64,000 nt of DNA from positions 1,344,001 through 1,408,000 of the forward strand of contig OY969814.1 of the NCBI GenBank assembly GCA_963703345.1, in the 5' to 3' direction. Made by a program: the position numbers and the translations under genes. The notes under the pieces are model-generated. The model worked only from the letters and a program-made list of their open reading frames with translations. It did not search any database and was not told where the DNA came from. The stretch comes from an uncultured Chloroflexia bacterium. Lineage in GTDB: Bacteria; Chloroflexota; Dehalococcoidia; DSTF01; JALHUB01. This document shows, piece after piece, positions 9,683 to 19,397 of this stretch (the first letter of the stretch is position 1; the number at the start of each line of letters is the position of its first letter).

Positions 9683-10687
9683 CTAGGTCGCGTCGCTTTC
9701 AGCGGTTGCGCTCTCCGGCGACCGCCCGCTTTCGACGTGCCGCAGCCGGATGACCAGGTAGGCGTAGCCGATGAGCCCCAGCAGGCCCGCCGGCAACGAG
9801 TTCGTCGCGCGATAGAGGATCGCCACCGACGTCGCCGAGGCCACGGTCGCGCCCGCGTGCTGAAGCATGGCTGTGAGCGTCCAGTCGAGCACGCCCAGCC
9901 CGAGCGGCAGAAAGGAGGCTATGCCCGCCGCCACGGACGCGCCGAGGGCGACCGAGGCTTCGCCGGCGGAGAGTCGCACGGCCACTGAATCCGATATTAT
10001 CCAGATTTGGGCCACCAAGGTCGCGAAGATCGCGGTCGTTAGGACGGCGAAGAGGAGCGACAGGCGCAGGTCCCGCAGGAGCGTCGCCAGCGACTGCACC
10101 CAGCGCCCTTCGCCCAGGTTCAGCGCGTGCAGCAGCGGCCTCAGCCAGATTTTGGTCGACTGCGTCCTCTCCGCCCACGCGCTCAACGACAGCAGCGGCA
10201 TGGCGGCCAGCGCCGGCACCACCAGCACCAGCAGCCCGACGATGGGGACGGCGATTCTGAGGGCGTCCGGCGAGACGTTCCAGGCAACAACCAGGAGCGT
10301 CGAGAAGCAAAGAATGCAGAAGGAATAGGAGCGCTCGTAGACTATGGTGGCGAAGCTGTCGGAGTAGGAAACGGCGTGGTGGCCTTTCAGAAACGGCACC
10401 CGGATGATATCGCCGGTCGCGCCCGGCGTTACGACCGCCGCTATGTTGCCCAGCGCGGAGACCGGCGCCAGCGCCAGCGGCGATACGCCATAGCCGAGGC
10501 GTCGCAGCACGAAGTGGGTGCGAACGGCAAGCAGGCCGATAGCCGGCAGGTTCAGCAGGAGCACGTAGAGCGCGGCCCAGGCGCTGAAGTCGCCCAACGT
10601 GTCGCCGAGTTCCCAGACGCGGGCCCGCCACAGGAGCAGGACCACAAGGGCAACACCGACACCGATCTGAATCTCCCAGCGCCTCAT
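9683..10687 (-). CDS. Lysylphosphatidylglycerol synthase TM-domain (UPF0104) flippase-like protein
   Basis: About 8 TM segments, TPGATGDIIR, ER, LPLGLG, AILYR motifs. Confidence 0.85.
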   Translation of the reverse strand: MRRWEIQIGVGVALVVLLLWRARVWELGDTLGDFSAWAALYVLLLNLPAIGLLAVRTHFVLRRLGYGVSPLALAPVSALGNIAAVVTPGATGDIIRVPFLKGHHAVSYSDSFATIVYERSYSFCILCFSTLLVVAWNVSPDALRIAVPIVGLLVLVVPALAAMPLLSLSAWAERTQSTKIWLRPLLHALNLGEGRWVQSLATLLRDLRLSLLFAVLTTAIFATLVAQIWIISDSVAVRLSAGEASVALGASVAAGIASFLPLGLGVLDWTLTAMLQHAGATVASATSVAILYRATNSLPAGLLGLIGYAYLVIRLRHVESGRSPESATAESDAT

Positions 10688-10862
10688 TGTTCCTCGGGAT
10701 TTCCACACTGCCGTCGGGCTTGCAAGGCCCTGCACTCAAGCGACGAATCGCTGCCTCTTATCATAGCCGATTTTGGCTGTGTGGCCGCCTGCGTACTCCA
10801 CGGCGGAACGGTGGAGCGGCGAATAAGTCCAGAGCCCACGCGCACTGACATCGAGATTGCTC

Positions 10863-12014
10863 TCATTTCCCGTGGCAGGTCATATAGACCTCTTCAACGT
10901 CACCTATGATCTTGTTCCAATCGAATCTTTGGGCTGAATCTATGCATGACTCTCTTAGCTTCTCATCCAGGTCTGCACTCAGTATTATCGAAATAGTGTC
11001 AGCAAGATCTTGTTCGTTCGGTTCGCACACAAAACCATTTTCCCCTTCCTTTATGAGACTCTTCGTTGCATTGTCTTTGTGATTGAACGTTATTACTGGA
11101 ATGCCACACGCGTTAGCTTCTGGAACTACAATACCGAACCCTTCTCTCATTGAGGGCAGTGCGAATACTTTTGACGCTTTCATTAACGCATACACTTCTT
11201 GCGGCGTCTTCCTAAACTCGAGAAAGTCGATGTTATTCCGCAAATCCAGTTGTTCGGCCAAAGAAACCAAGCCTTCTTTTTCGGGGCCGTCCCCAACAAT
11301 GCAGCAACGCACATTGGGTTCTATCACTTTCACCAGACTTATCGCCCTGATCAACATATCGATATTCTTGAAGTCCATTAGCCTTCCAACATAGACAACA
11401 TCAGACTTGATTTCGGATTCTTCGGCCTTTCTGATTTCATCAAGGTCTATTCCCACGGGAATCGTGTGGATTGTTCTGGTTATCTTCAATTCTCGAATGA
11501 GTCTAGTAGTCGTAAGTTCAGAAATCGATGTGATTTCGTCCGGCATCCTGGCGCTGAGCCACTGCACGACGTAGGCTATCGTTCCCAGCTTCCCAAGATA
11601 CTCCTGCCAGTAATCCCTCCCCCAAACCTCAAGCCAGGTCGAATGCAGCTTCTTCCTCTTGATGAGAGAAACCAGTTTGCAGGTGAACAACGAGAAGAAG
11701 GGGAATCCACAGCAATCAAGGACGTCGAAATCCTCCTTGACGAGCTTCAAGCAGTGAATCCCGAAATATATCGCCTGCCGTATGGAACGCCTGCCTCCTC
11801 TGGTATACACGGGTTTAGCTTTGCAGATTCCGTGGAGATACACTCCCTCTTTCTTGACTACGTTGGGGCCCTCCCAAAGCTTCATCCCGTATAGATGAAC
11901 TTCATATCCCTTTGAGGCCAACCGTTTGGCAATCTCATAGTACCTTCTTTCAGCGCCGCCTTTGATATACGGATAGATGGCGTCATAAACAAAAGCAATC
12001 TTCTTCGTTCTCAT
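10863..12014 (-). CDS. Glycosyltransferase family 4, low GC
   Basis: GGAERRYYE, YVGRL..K, EGFGIVVPEANACG; visibly AT-richer than flanks. Confidence 0.92.
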   Translation of the reverse strand: MRTKKIAFVYDAIYPYIKGGAERRYYEIAKRLASKGYEVHLYGMKLWEGPNVVKKEGVYLHGICKAKPVYTRGGRRSIRQAIYFGIHCLKLVKEDFDVLDCCGFPFFSLFTCKLVSLIKRKKLHSTWLEVWGRDYWQEYLGKLGTIAYVVQWLSARMPDEITSISELTTTRLIRELKITRTIHTIPVGIDLDEIRKAEESEIKSDVVYVGRLMDFKNIDMLIRAISLVKVIEPNVRCCIVGDGPEKEGLVSLAEQLDLRNNIDFLEFRKTPQEVYALMKASKVFALPSMREGFGIVVPEANACGIPVITFNHKDNATKSLIKEGENGFVCEPNEQDLADTISIILSADLDEKLRESCIDSAQRFDWNKIIGDVEEVYMTCHGK

Positions 12015-12052
12015 AGAAGAATTATGCCCTGCTTTCAAGACGCTAACCACCA

Positions 12053-12208
12053 GTCCATCTTGGTGCGGGCGACCTCAGCCTGCCGATGATCTCCTCTGCC
12101 GTGTGCCTCTTGCTGCGCAGGAGATGCCCCTTTCTTCGGCCCAGTATCCGCTGTTCCCTCGCTGAAGAGTAACATTGAATTGGACTCGTTTTCGGGGGGG
12201 GCAGGTCA
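12053..12208 (-). mobile_element. IS3-family (IS407-like) left end with truncated orfA
   Basis: Minus strand begins TGACCTGCCCCCCCCGAAAACGAGTCCAATTCAATGTTAC, then RBS and (L)RSKRHTAEEIIGRLR resembling IS3 OrfA N-termini; breaks off at a second IR-like sequence TGAGGTCGCCCGCACCAAGATGGAC. Confidence 0.7.
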
Positions 12209-12247
12209 TTGCCGCTCCTCTTATTCTACGCTACCATGGGGCCGACC

Positions 12248-12853
12248 ATGAGCAACAGCTATCTCAAGGGAATCCGCGAGCATCCGGAGATCTCACGTGA
12301 GGATATCCAAATCCTCCGGCGTTATCTTCCTGGCGCCCATCGCATAGTTGACATTGGCTGTGGACAGGGCGGGTTCCTGGGTCTCTTGGAAGGCGAATTC
12401 GGACTGGCTATCGGTCTCGATCTGTCGGCAGAGGCTGTCCGAATGTGCCCGGAGAGAGGCGCGTCGGGAATCCGATCGGACGCCCTGTTCCTGCCTTTGC
12501 GGACAGGCTCCATGGATATCGTCCGCGCGAAGGAGATCATCGAGCATCTCCCCGATCCCCTGTCCATGGTCCGGGAGGCATATCGGGTTGTCAGGCCCGG
12601 CGGTCTCTTCCTGGCCCACGTGCCCAGCCAGTACTCTACCCTCTATCCCGTTGCCAACTTCTTCGATGACTACACTCACATCCGGCCGCTGAGCCGCTCC
12701 GGCGCCCGCCGGCTCATCGGGAATGCGGGCTTCGAGCTTCTCTTCATTCAAGGCTACACGGCCGGGCGAAACAAGCTGGAGCGGGGCGCTGCTCGCCTCC
12801 TGGCCGTCATTCTTCCCCACACATGGCGCATCCTTGGGCGTAAGGCGCCTTGA
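12248..12853 (+). CDS. Class I SAM-dependent methyltransferase
   Basis: VDIGCGQG, EIIEHLPDP, RVVRPGG, DYTH. Confidence 0.9.
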   Translation: MSNSYLKGIREHPEISREDIQILRRYLPGAHRIVDIGCGQGGFLGLLEGEFGLAIGLDLSAEAVRMCPERGASGIRSDALFLPLRTGSMDIVRAKEIIEHLPDPLSMVREAYRVVRPGGLFLAHVPSQYSTLYPVANFFDDYTHIRPLSRSGARRLIGNAGFELLFIQGYTAGRNKLERGAARLLAVILPHTWRILGRKAP

Positions 12854-13185
12854 GAACGGGAAGGGGCGCGTCTGCGCGGTGCCAACGTAGTATGCCCCTA
12901 TCTTCATGCGTGAACGAGCCAACCCCTACTGACTTGCAGCGACACCGTACCCCGGGCTATCCGAGAGCCCCGGTGTTCAGATGCCCTGATGCGGATGGTC
13001 TTCTGCCCTCCGACAGCTCTTCAGTTGTTCTCCTCCAGTTGTTGAAATGAGCTAGCTCGGTGGCGGCGGTTGGAGTGCCGGGCTATCACGCTCGCCGCTG
13101 GCTGTCCGGGCGACGCGCCCGCTTCGTCGTTTGCTTCTGGAACGTTCACTCGAGTCGGTACGGCGGAAACGGGGCTGCGACTCGG

Positions 13186-14361
13186 CTACTCGGCTTCGAG
13201 GACACCGGTGAGCACCCCGACGAAGAAGAGATTGGCGCCCATCACTATCAGGCTCTGCGCCACGGCCGCAATGTCGACCCAGTTCAGCGCGTTGGCACCG
13301 CTTGGTGAACTGACGAGTATGAAGAGGTCGACGCCGATGCCGCAGGCCATCAGGAAGAGGCCAAGCAGGAAAAGGCCTTCCAGCCCGAGATATTTCCGAT
13401 AGAAGCGCAGGAGCCAGTCCGGCTCCGTATCGCCGCGGGCGGTGGTGTAGATGCGCGATGCCAGTCCGAGCAGCACCGCGTTCATACCGACGACAAGGAA
13501 TATCGTCCCGGCGAATATGGGCTGCCAGCGCAGCGGCCCTATCTCGATGCCGTGGGACGACGGCAGCGCCATTGCGAGCGTTAGGATGCCCAACGCAATC
13601 AGGAAGAGGCCCGGGAATGTGTACAGGTGGCTGGGGCTGGCCAGGATGAGGTAGCGCAGGTGCCGCCAGCCGTCGCGGAAGGTGTTCAGCTTGCTTCCGG
13701 TCTGCCGCGGATGATAGGGAATAGGCACCTCAGCCATGCGCAGGCCGCGGCGCGCGCTCTTCAGTATCATTTCCGACGCCAACTCCATGCCCGCCGATTT
13801 TAGCTCCATCAGCTCGTATGCCTCGCGGGTGAAGGCGCGCAGGCCGCACTGGCTGTCGCCCAGGCGCGCGCCGGAGAAAAAGCCGAGAAGGGCGGTTAGC
13901 GCTGGCGTCCCGATGAAGCGGTGACTCCAGGTCATCGACCCGGGAGAGAGCATCTTCAGCCGATTGCCGACTACCATGTCGAAGCCTTCGCTCAGCGGGC
14001 TGACGAGGTTCGTCAGGTCCGAAAGGTCGTACGTGTCGTCGGCGTCGGCCATGATGATTACGCTGCCGCGCGATTCTGCGAAGCCGCGCCGGTGCGCCGC
14101 TCCGTAGCCCCGCCGCGACTCGTCGAGGACCCGGGCGCCGGCGGCCTTCGCCTCTTCGCGCGAGCGGTCCGTCGAGCCGTTGTCGACGACCAACACCTCG
14201 CCGCGTAGCCCGGCCGACTCGAACCAGCTTCGAGCCTTGCGCACGCAGCTCGCGACGGTCTGCTCCTCGTTCAAGCAGGGTAGGACGACGGAGACGTCGA
14301 TTAACTCTTCCGACTCCGGCGCCGTTGCCGGAGGTCTCGGCTCAGCTTGTTCGGGGACCAT
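13186..14361 (-). CDS. Glycosyltransferase family 2 (polyprenol-phosphate glycosyltransferase-like) with C-terminal TMs
   Basis: VVLPCLNEE, VVDNGSTD, MADADDTY, DSQCGLRAF, FRDGWRHL; four C-terminal TMs. Confidence 0.9.
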   Translation of the reverse strand: MVPEQAEPRPPATAPESEELIDVSVVLPCLNEEQTVASCVRKARSWFESAGLRGEVLVVDNGSTDRSREEAKAAGARVLDESRRGYGAAHRRGFAESRGSVIIMADADDTYDLSDLTNLVSPLSEGFDMVVGNRLKMLSPGSMTWSHRFIGTPALTALLGFFSGARLGDSQCGLRAFTREAYELMELKSAGMELASEMILKSARRGLRMAEVPIPYHPRQTGSKLNTFRDGWRHLRYLILASPSHLYTFPGLFLIALGILTLAMALPSSHGIEIGPLRWQPIFAGTIFLVVGMNAVLLGLASRIYTTARGDTEPDWLLRFYRKYLGLEGLFLLGLFLMACGIGVDLFILVSSPSGANALNWVDIAAVAQSLIVMGANLFFVGVLTGVLEAE

Positions 14362-14427
14362 TCGCTCCTCCCGGAAGGGCGTTTCGGCCTGTTCGTCGCC
14401 CGATCTGTGGGCGTCCCGCGCCTCCGA

Positions 14428-17223
14428 TCAGAATGGCGTTATCGTGACTTCGTCTTCCATCTTGCCCTGATCCATGGGCGAGCTCAGCAATCTAACGCCG
14501 GTCGAGGAGGTGCCTTCGCCCTGCAATTGGATTTCGATATGATGCCTCCCCGGATCAAGCGACATCCCTGCGGGGCACTCCGCGTAAGCGTTGGGCCCGG
14601 CTTGGCACTGTTTCAGAAGCGCTCCATCAACATAGATGGTCGCCGTTCCCCCAGTATACCTGAGCAGCAGGTTGAACGCGTGGGCGTCTTGCAGCGACCA
14701 CCAGGAGGAGAATCTCTCGTCTTTCAAACTCACTATCGGCGCGAAGCCGGGGACGTGGTATGTGTCCTTCGCCTGCTGCAAGACAATGCCGCTGCTCGCA
14801 AGGTCAACGCCGTAGTCTATGCGTTGAGAGGGTACCAAACTGCCGTCCAAGCGCGCGAAGTCCCGAACGTGCTGCCACCCGACGACGGATTGCAGGGAAA
14901 AGAGGTCCTGTTTCTCCAGGAACGCCATCGCGCCGTTGGACGAGCGCCAGAGAAGCTGCAGGTCACCGCCGGATGACTGCTTCACAGTCGTTATCTCCAC
15001 TGTGTGCCAGCCGGCCGCGAGCGTTCCCGTCGATTGTAGCTGGCCTGACACGTCGTTCGCATCATAGGCAGGGTTGTCATCGAGGCGAACGCGGACGGGA
15101 TCGGCGCTGCTGGCCTGGAGCAGATAAGGTCCGCTGTTAGCGAGATAAACGAGTCCTCTCCAGCGAACGGCAAAGGGCGGTGGTATGGGAGGCGTCGAGT
15201 CTGCCCAGGATAGGTTCGATACGTCATCCACCTGTCCAACGGGGACCCCGCTTCCGTCGACAGGAGTGTACTCCCCGTAAAGCCCTTGCCGGCTCCTGAC
15301 TAGCTCGCTGCTGAAGCTGTACCCGACGATGTAGTAGTTTTTCGACGGGCCTTCGTACTCTTCTTCCAGGACCGCGCCCGGGTAGCCCTCCTCCACGCTT
15401 TGCTCTAACGCTTTCAGCGCTTCGGCGTCGACGAGGAAAGCGAGCGATATTGGGTCCGAGTGGACGTTGCGTATCGGCCAGGACTCCTGGGGGCTGGCAA
15501 GAGGTGCGCCGTCAAGATCGTGGCATATCCAGACGTAGTCGCCCCATGCCCTAATCTGTTCTTGCAACGTCTGATGGGGCTGGCCAAAACCAAGGTCGGC
15601 GCGCGCCTGGAAAGCATAGCTGAAGTTGTCCGTTCCCTTCCCTTGCATGTAATCGCACAGGGCGTACCACTGGCTTACCGTGTGCCCGTATTCAGTCAGA
15701 ACTGCCTGGTTCTTGGCCACGTTCTTGAAGAGCGTCGCGCCGTTCCAGGAGCAGACATAGATGGCCGCGCCCAGCATGGCGACGTTGAAGACGGCCTGGG
15801 AATGTCGATGCGGCACCAGTCTGGACCAGAGAGAGCGGAGGTCCTGTAGCAGGAAAGCAGCAAGTATGAAGCCCACCGGCACGAGGCCTATGAATTTCCA
15901 GGGGGCCCAGTTCGATAGCAGCAGTGCGCCGCCCGCAAGCGTCGCCAGGAACCAGCCGAGGAAGAATATCCTGTAGGGACGAAAGAGCCTGAAGCCGGCG
16001 TACAAAACGCCCGCGACCACCAGAGTCGCTGATATCGGATCAAGGACGCGGATTCCGGGAATAGTTAGGGGGATGGTATCCTGAGCCTTGTCGGGTCCGG
16101 CCGGCAGAAAGAGGCCAACGGCCCACCGCGCCTGCTGAGTCCAGTTTGGGGCGATAAGGCCCGGCGTTCCTCTGTTTGTGCGATCCCATTCCTGGCGATG
16201 AAGCGAAGCCAGGTACACGTCTTGCCCAAGATGTGCTCCGACCATCATCGGTCCGGCCGTGATCCCCGCCGCGAGAGCGAAAGCCAGCGCCGGTCGCCAC
16301 GCCTTCCGTGCGATCTCCGCGACGGCGTTCCCAAGTGGTCTCAGCCCTTGCTTAAGAGCGGGAAGAAGCTGCCAGAGCCCAAGAAGGGCCAGAAAACCCA
16401 CCACGTACAACGGCATTGGCTTGTAGTTCTCGTATTCGTAAGAGATGAGGCTGCAGAGCACTCCGAGGCCGAAGAAAGCGAGGGAGCTGCGCGTCTTGAT
16501 GCCTTTGACCAGCAAGTAGGCCGCCAGCAGCGTCAGCACCGTGGTCGCTTCGAAGGCGTGACGGTCGAACAGTGACGGCCAGTATGCCGCCGCGAAAAGC
16601 AGCGTCCCAAAAAGCGCTATAGACGCGCTGACGAGTTCTCGAAGGAGCAGGTAGAGGATCGGGATTGATAAAATGCCCGCCACGATGAACACTATGCGAA
16701 GCCCCAACGCGTTGTAGCCGAGGAGAAGAAAGCCTAAGGCTGTGACGTAGCGCGTGACAGCGAATGGAATCTGGACGTCCCCGTGAAGGGCCCTGAAGGC
16801 AACGCCGCCGTCTATCCCCTCCTCGAACACCAATGTGTTGCTCGGCGGAATCGTTCCATACATGTAGAGCCGCATGAACACCCCGAACCCGAGGATCAGC
16901 AGGAAGAGGACGATTTCGATTCGATGTCCCGACCAGAAGGAGCCAAGCCAGCTACGCCATCGTGCGGGCGACCTGACGTGAACATCCCAGGCGAAGATGA
17001 GGCCCAGCAGAAGAGCCAGGCCGTACCAGACGATTGCTTCAGAGAAGCGATGCATCAACGTCTCGTCGATGATGCGCGACGCATGCAAGGCGACAACCAC
17101 GGCACCGAGAAGCGCCGCGAACCGCACCGCCCAGCAGAGGAGGCCGAAGAATCTTCGGCGCCACTGCTTTGGCGTCACCGAGTCATCTTGGAAGTCCTGA
17201 ATACTCGTCTTCTCCAAGTGCAT
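14428..17223 (-). CDS. GT-C (ArnT/PMT-like) membrane glycosyltransferase fused to PA14-like domain(s)
   Basis: Many TMs with MRLY...FEEG and LRIVF motifs; C-terminal GLYGEY...FAVRWRGLVY...SADPVRVRLD...GWHTVEI typical of PA14. Confidence 0.75.
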   Translation of the reverse strand: MHLEKTSIQDFQDDSVTPKQWRRRFFGLLCWAVRFAALLGAVVVALHASRIIDETLMHRFSEAIVWYGLALLLGLIFAWDVHVRSPARWRSWLGSFWSGHRIEIVLFLLILGFGVFMRLYMYGTIPPSNTLVFEEGIDGGVAFRALHGDVQIPFAVTRYVTALGFLLLGYNALGLRIVFIVAGILSIPILYLLLRELVSASIALFGTLLFAAAYWPSLFDRHAFEATTVLTLLAAYLLVKGIKTRSSLAFFGLGVLCSLISYEYENYKPMPLYVVGFLALLGLWQLLPALKQGLRPLGNAVAEIARKAWRPALAFALAAGITAGPMMVGAHLGQDVYLASLHRQEWDRTNRGTPGLIAPNWTQQARWAVGLFLPAGPDKAQDTIPLTIPGIRVLDPISATLVVAGVLYAGFRLFRPYRIFFLGWFLATLAGGALLLSNWAPWKFIGLVPVGFILAAFLLQDLRSLWSRLVPHRHSQAVFNVAMLGAAIYVCSWNGATLFKNVAKNQAVLTEYGHTVSQWYALCDYMQGKGTDNFSYAFQARADLGFGQPHQTLQEQIRAWGDYVWICHDLDGAPLASPQESWPIRNVHSDPISLAFLVDAEALKALEQSVEEGYPGAVLEEEYEGPSKNYYIVGYSFSSELVRSRQGLYGEYTPVDGSGVPVGQVDDVSNLSWADSTPPIPPPFAVRWRGLVYLANSGPYLLQASSADPVRVRLDDNPAYDANDVSGQLQSTGTLAAGWHTVEITTVKQSSGGDLQLLWRSSNGAMAFLEKQDLFSLQSVVGWQHVRDFARLDGSLVPSQRIDYGVDLASSGIVLQQAKDTYHVPGFAPIVSLKDERFSSWWSLQDAHAFNLLLRYTGGTATIYVDGALLKQCQAGPNAYAECPAGMSLDPGRHHIEIQLQGEGTSSTGVRLLSSPMDQGKMEDEVTITPF

Positions 17224-17352
17224 GGTCTCCCGCTCGCCGCGTTTGTCCTGGATGATGGGCTCGTGGAGAGTAGTCTAAGCAAAAAACGCAGGCGTCGCAA
17301 CTTATGTTGCGGACAGGGGAGAAGGGCGAGTCGTGACAGGCAGGATGCGGCG

Positions 17353-17943
17353 CTAGCCGGCGCGGCGCTGCCGGGACGCCTCGCAATCGTGGCAGCCGAG
17401 GAGGATCATGCGGATCGCCTCTTCTTCGTCGACCTCGCAATCGACGCAGCCGTCGCGGGCCAGCGGAATGACGACCATAGAGGGAAGCGGCATGCCCTTC
17501 GCCGAGACCTCTTTGACGCCGTTGACGCCCGCCGCCAGTTCCTTGTCGCAGGCGACGGCGCCGATGGCGCGCGGCTGCTTCTCCTCGACATAACGCAGGA
17601 CGAGGCGGCCGCCGGGAGCTATGCAGACGTCCTTGTATCCCGCCGCCGGCGCCGCCTCGCGGAGACTGCGGATGGCGCAGGGCAAATCGCAATCATCCGG
17701 ACATTCCATGCCGGAGCGCGTGTGCTTGCCGCGACAGCCCTCGCTGGAGCGAAGGCAGTGCGGCAGCAAAAGGATTCGCTCCGCGGGTTCGATGTCCGCG
17801 AAATCGAGTCGTGCCGCAGCCGGATGACCAGGTAGGCGTAGCTGATGAGCCCCAGCAGGCCCGCCGGCAGTGAGTTTCTCCTCCAGCTCCTGCTGCGAGA
17901 GTCCCTTGAGGGCCGCCGGCTCATCGATACGTTCAAGCGTCAT
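17353..17943 (-). CDS. DUF116-domain protein with mosaic N-terminus (possibly a 5'-truncated pseudogene)
   Basis: RILLLPHCLR..C, C..C, APGG, AVACDKEL, GCVDC..D; first about 44 codons are copies of other genes in this window. Confidence 0.75.
   Translation of the reverse strand: MTLERIDEPAALKGLSQQELEEKLTAGGPAGAHQLRLPGHPAAARLDFADIEPAERILLLPHCLRSSEGCRGKHTRSGMECPDDCDLPCAIRSLREAAPAAGYKDVCIAPGGRLVLRYVEEKQPRAIGAVACDKELAAGVNGVKEVSAKGMPLPSMVVIPLARDGCVDCEVDEEEAIRMILLGCHDCEASRQRRAG
17810..17876. repeat. 67-bp direct copy of 9736..9802 (3' part of flippase gene)
   Basis: Manual alignment, 64/67 identical. Confidence 0.95.
17878..17938. repeat. 61-bp inverted copy of 7483..7543 (5' part of dxs)
   Basis: Manual alignment, 59/61 identical; encodes LERIDEPAALKGLSQQELEE in both places. 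Confidence 0.95.
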
Positions 17944-18013
17944 GCCTTGGACTCCGAGGATATCGGATAACGAGGTATCCCTAAGGCCATCATCCCGCGC
18001 TGGGGATGCCTTG

Positions 18014-18985
18014 TCAAGAGGTCAGAGTTTCGGCGAACTGAACGGCGTCTTCGTCGGAGAAGAAGGACTTGATGAGGGCCGGGCTGAGGATGAAGAGCAG
18101 CAGGAGGAAGGAGGCGGCAAGAAGCCCGAACAGCCCTTGCTCACCCCACAGGTTGTGGGCGACGGTCGCGGCCGCCAGCGTTCCGACGACGACGAGGCCG
18201 CCGATCTTGAGAACGCGCTGTCGTACGAGAACGAAGGCGGCGGAGGTGACGGCCAGCGCTATCAGCGCCAGGCTCATCTCCGCGTCGAGGGCGTGAAGCG
18301 CGAGGGCCGGGCCCTGGAAGAAGCCGTGCATGTCTCTCAGGCTGCACAGCCAACCACCGATGATCGGCAGCGGGACGAGCATCAGCGACGCCAGCAGCCA
18401 GTCGCGCTCAGCGACGCGGACGGTCGTGACGGCGATGACGGATAGGGAGAGCACGCAGAACAGCAGCACGAGCGCGACGAGGGCGAAGTTCGGCGCTGGA
18501 CCGGCCGTCAGCACAAAGGACACTACTTGCGCAAGGATAGATCTGCTGACCCAGCCGCAGATCAGCGGTATCGCCAGCGAGTAGCCGATCCAGGGGTAGA
18601 GCCAGCTTGGCCGGCCGTTCCACCAGGCAAGAATCGTGATGGCCGCAATGCCAACGACGGCGCCGATCCCCCAGAGCGGCTGCAACCAGAGGTGGCTGGC
18701 AAAGAGGAAGGCGACGATGAGGTGCGGCAGCGACGCGAGAGCGGCTTCCGCTAGACTGCCGTGGCTGTGCGCCTCGTACATGCGGCGGGCGATGATGCGC
18801 GGCCTGCCGCAGCAGAGAATCGCCAGGCGAGCGGCTTCCTGCTCGGAAAACCCTTCGCCCTGAAGCTCCTGGGTCTTCTCCTGGAAGTACGTACGAAGTT
18901 CGGCTAGGACCAGCCGTTTTGTGCGTGGTTCCAGATGGAGCAGATCATGGACTTCACGCAGATAGCACCCAACCTCTGGCAACAT
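18014..18985 (-). CDS. Multi-TM protein with HAAS/permease-prefix-like N-terminal domain
   Basis: YLREV...LAELRTY..E...L..EG.SEQEA...G.P..IA N-terminal pattern plus about 8 TMs; directly downstream of padR. Confidence 0.7.
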   Translation of the reverse strand: MLPEVGCYLREVHDLLHLEPRTKRLVLAELRTYFQEKTQELQGEGFSEQEAARLAILCCGRPRIIARRMYEAHSHGSLAEAALASLPHLIVAFLFASHLWLQPLWGIGAVVGIAAITILAWWNGRPSWLYPWIGYSLAIPLICGWVSRSILAQVVSFVLTAGPAPNFALVALVLLFCVLSLSVIAVTTVRVAERDWLLASLMLVPLPIIGGWLCSLRDMHGFFQGPALALHALDAEMSLALIALAVTSAAFVLVRQRVLKIGGLVVVGTLAAATVAHNLWGEQGLFGLLAASFLLLLFILSPALIKSFFSDEDAVQFAETLTS

Positions 18986-19003
18986 CCTCTTGCCCGACCT
19001 GCG

Positions 19004-19348
19004 CTATGCTCTGGACGGCTTGTAGATGAGGTTTACGGCGTTCTGGAAGCCTTCCCAAGCCTTAATGCGCTCGCTGAGTTCCTTCCTGCCCTTGTCGGTG
19101 ATGCGATAGCACCGCCGCTGCTGGCCGCTCGGCAGCTCCGACCACTCGCCCTGGATGAGCCCCTGGTTCTCCAGCTTGTGCAGGGCAGGATAGATTGTGC
19201 CTTCTTTGAAACTCAGGTAGCCCTTACTCCGCCTTTCGATCTCCCTGATGATCTCGTATCCGTACGATTGCCCCTTCTCTTCAATCAGGAAGAGGAGCAG
19301 GCCGTCGGCGCTGCCGCGGAGCATGTATTCGGAGCGACTCTCTTTCAT
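19004..19348 (-). CDS. PadR family transcriptional regulator
   Basis: YGYEII, EGTIYPALHKLE, RRCYRITDKGR, W..F. Confidence 0.93.
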   Translation of the reverse strand: MKESRSEYMLRGSADGLLLFLIEEKGQSYGYEIIREIERRSKGYLSFKEGTIYPALHKLENQGLIQGEWSELPSGQQRRCYRITDKGRKELSERIKAWEGFQNAVNLIYKPSRA

Positions 19349-19367
19349 ACCTAGACTCCCTATGCTC

Positions 19368-19397
19368 AGAATAGCAGCCGTCAAGGCGCCTCGTCAA
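19368..19397 (-). promoter_or_regulatory. Putative sigma70 promoter of padR
   Basis: TTGACG-N18-TATTCT with extended TG; imperfect palindrome CATAG-N5-CTAGG just downstream over the RBS. Confidence 0.45.

Noticed and set aside
17810-17938. Diversity-generating retroelement TR/VR pair as the source of the repeats
   Set aside because: Mismatches are not adenine-specific and there is no reverse transcriptase in the window
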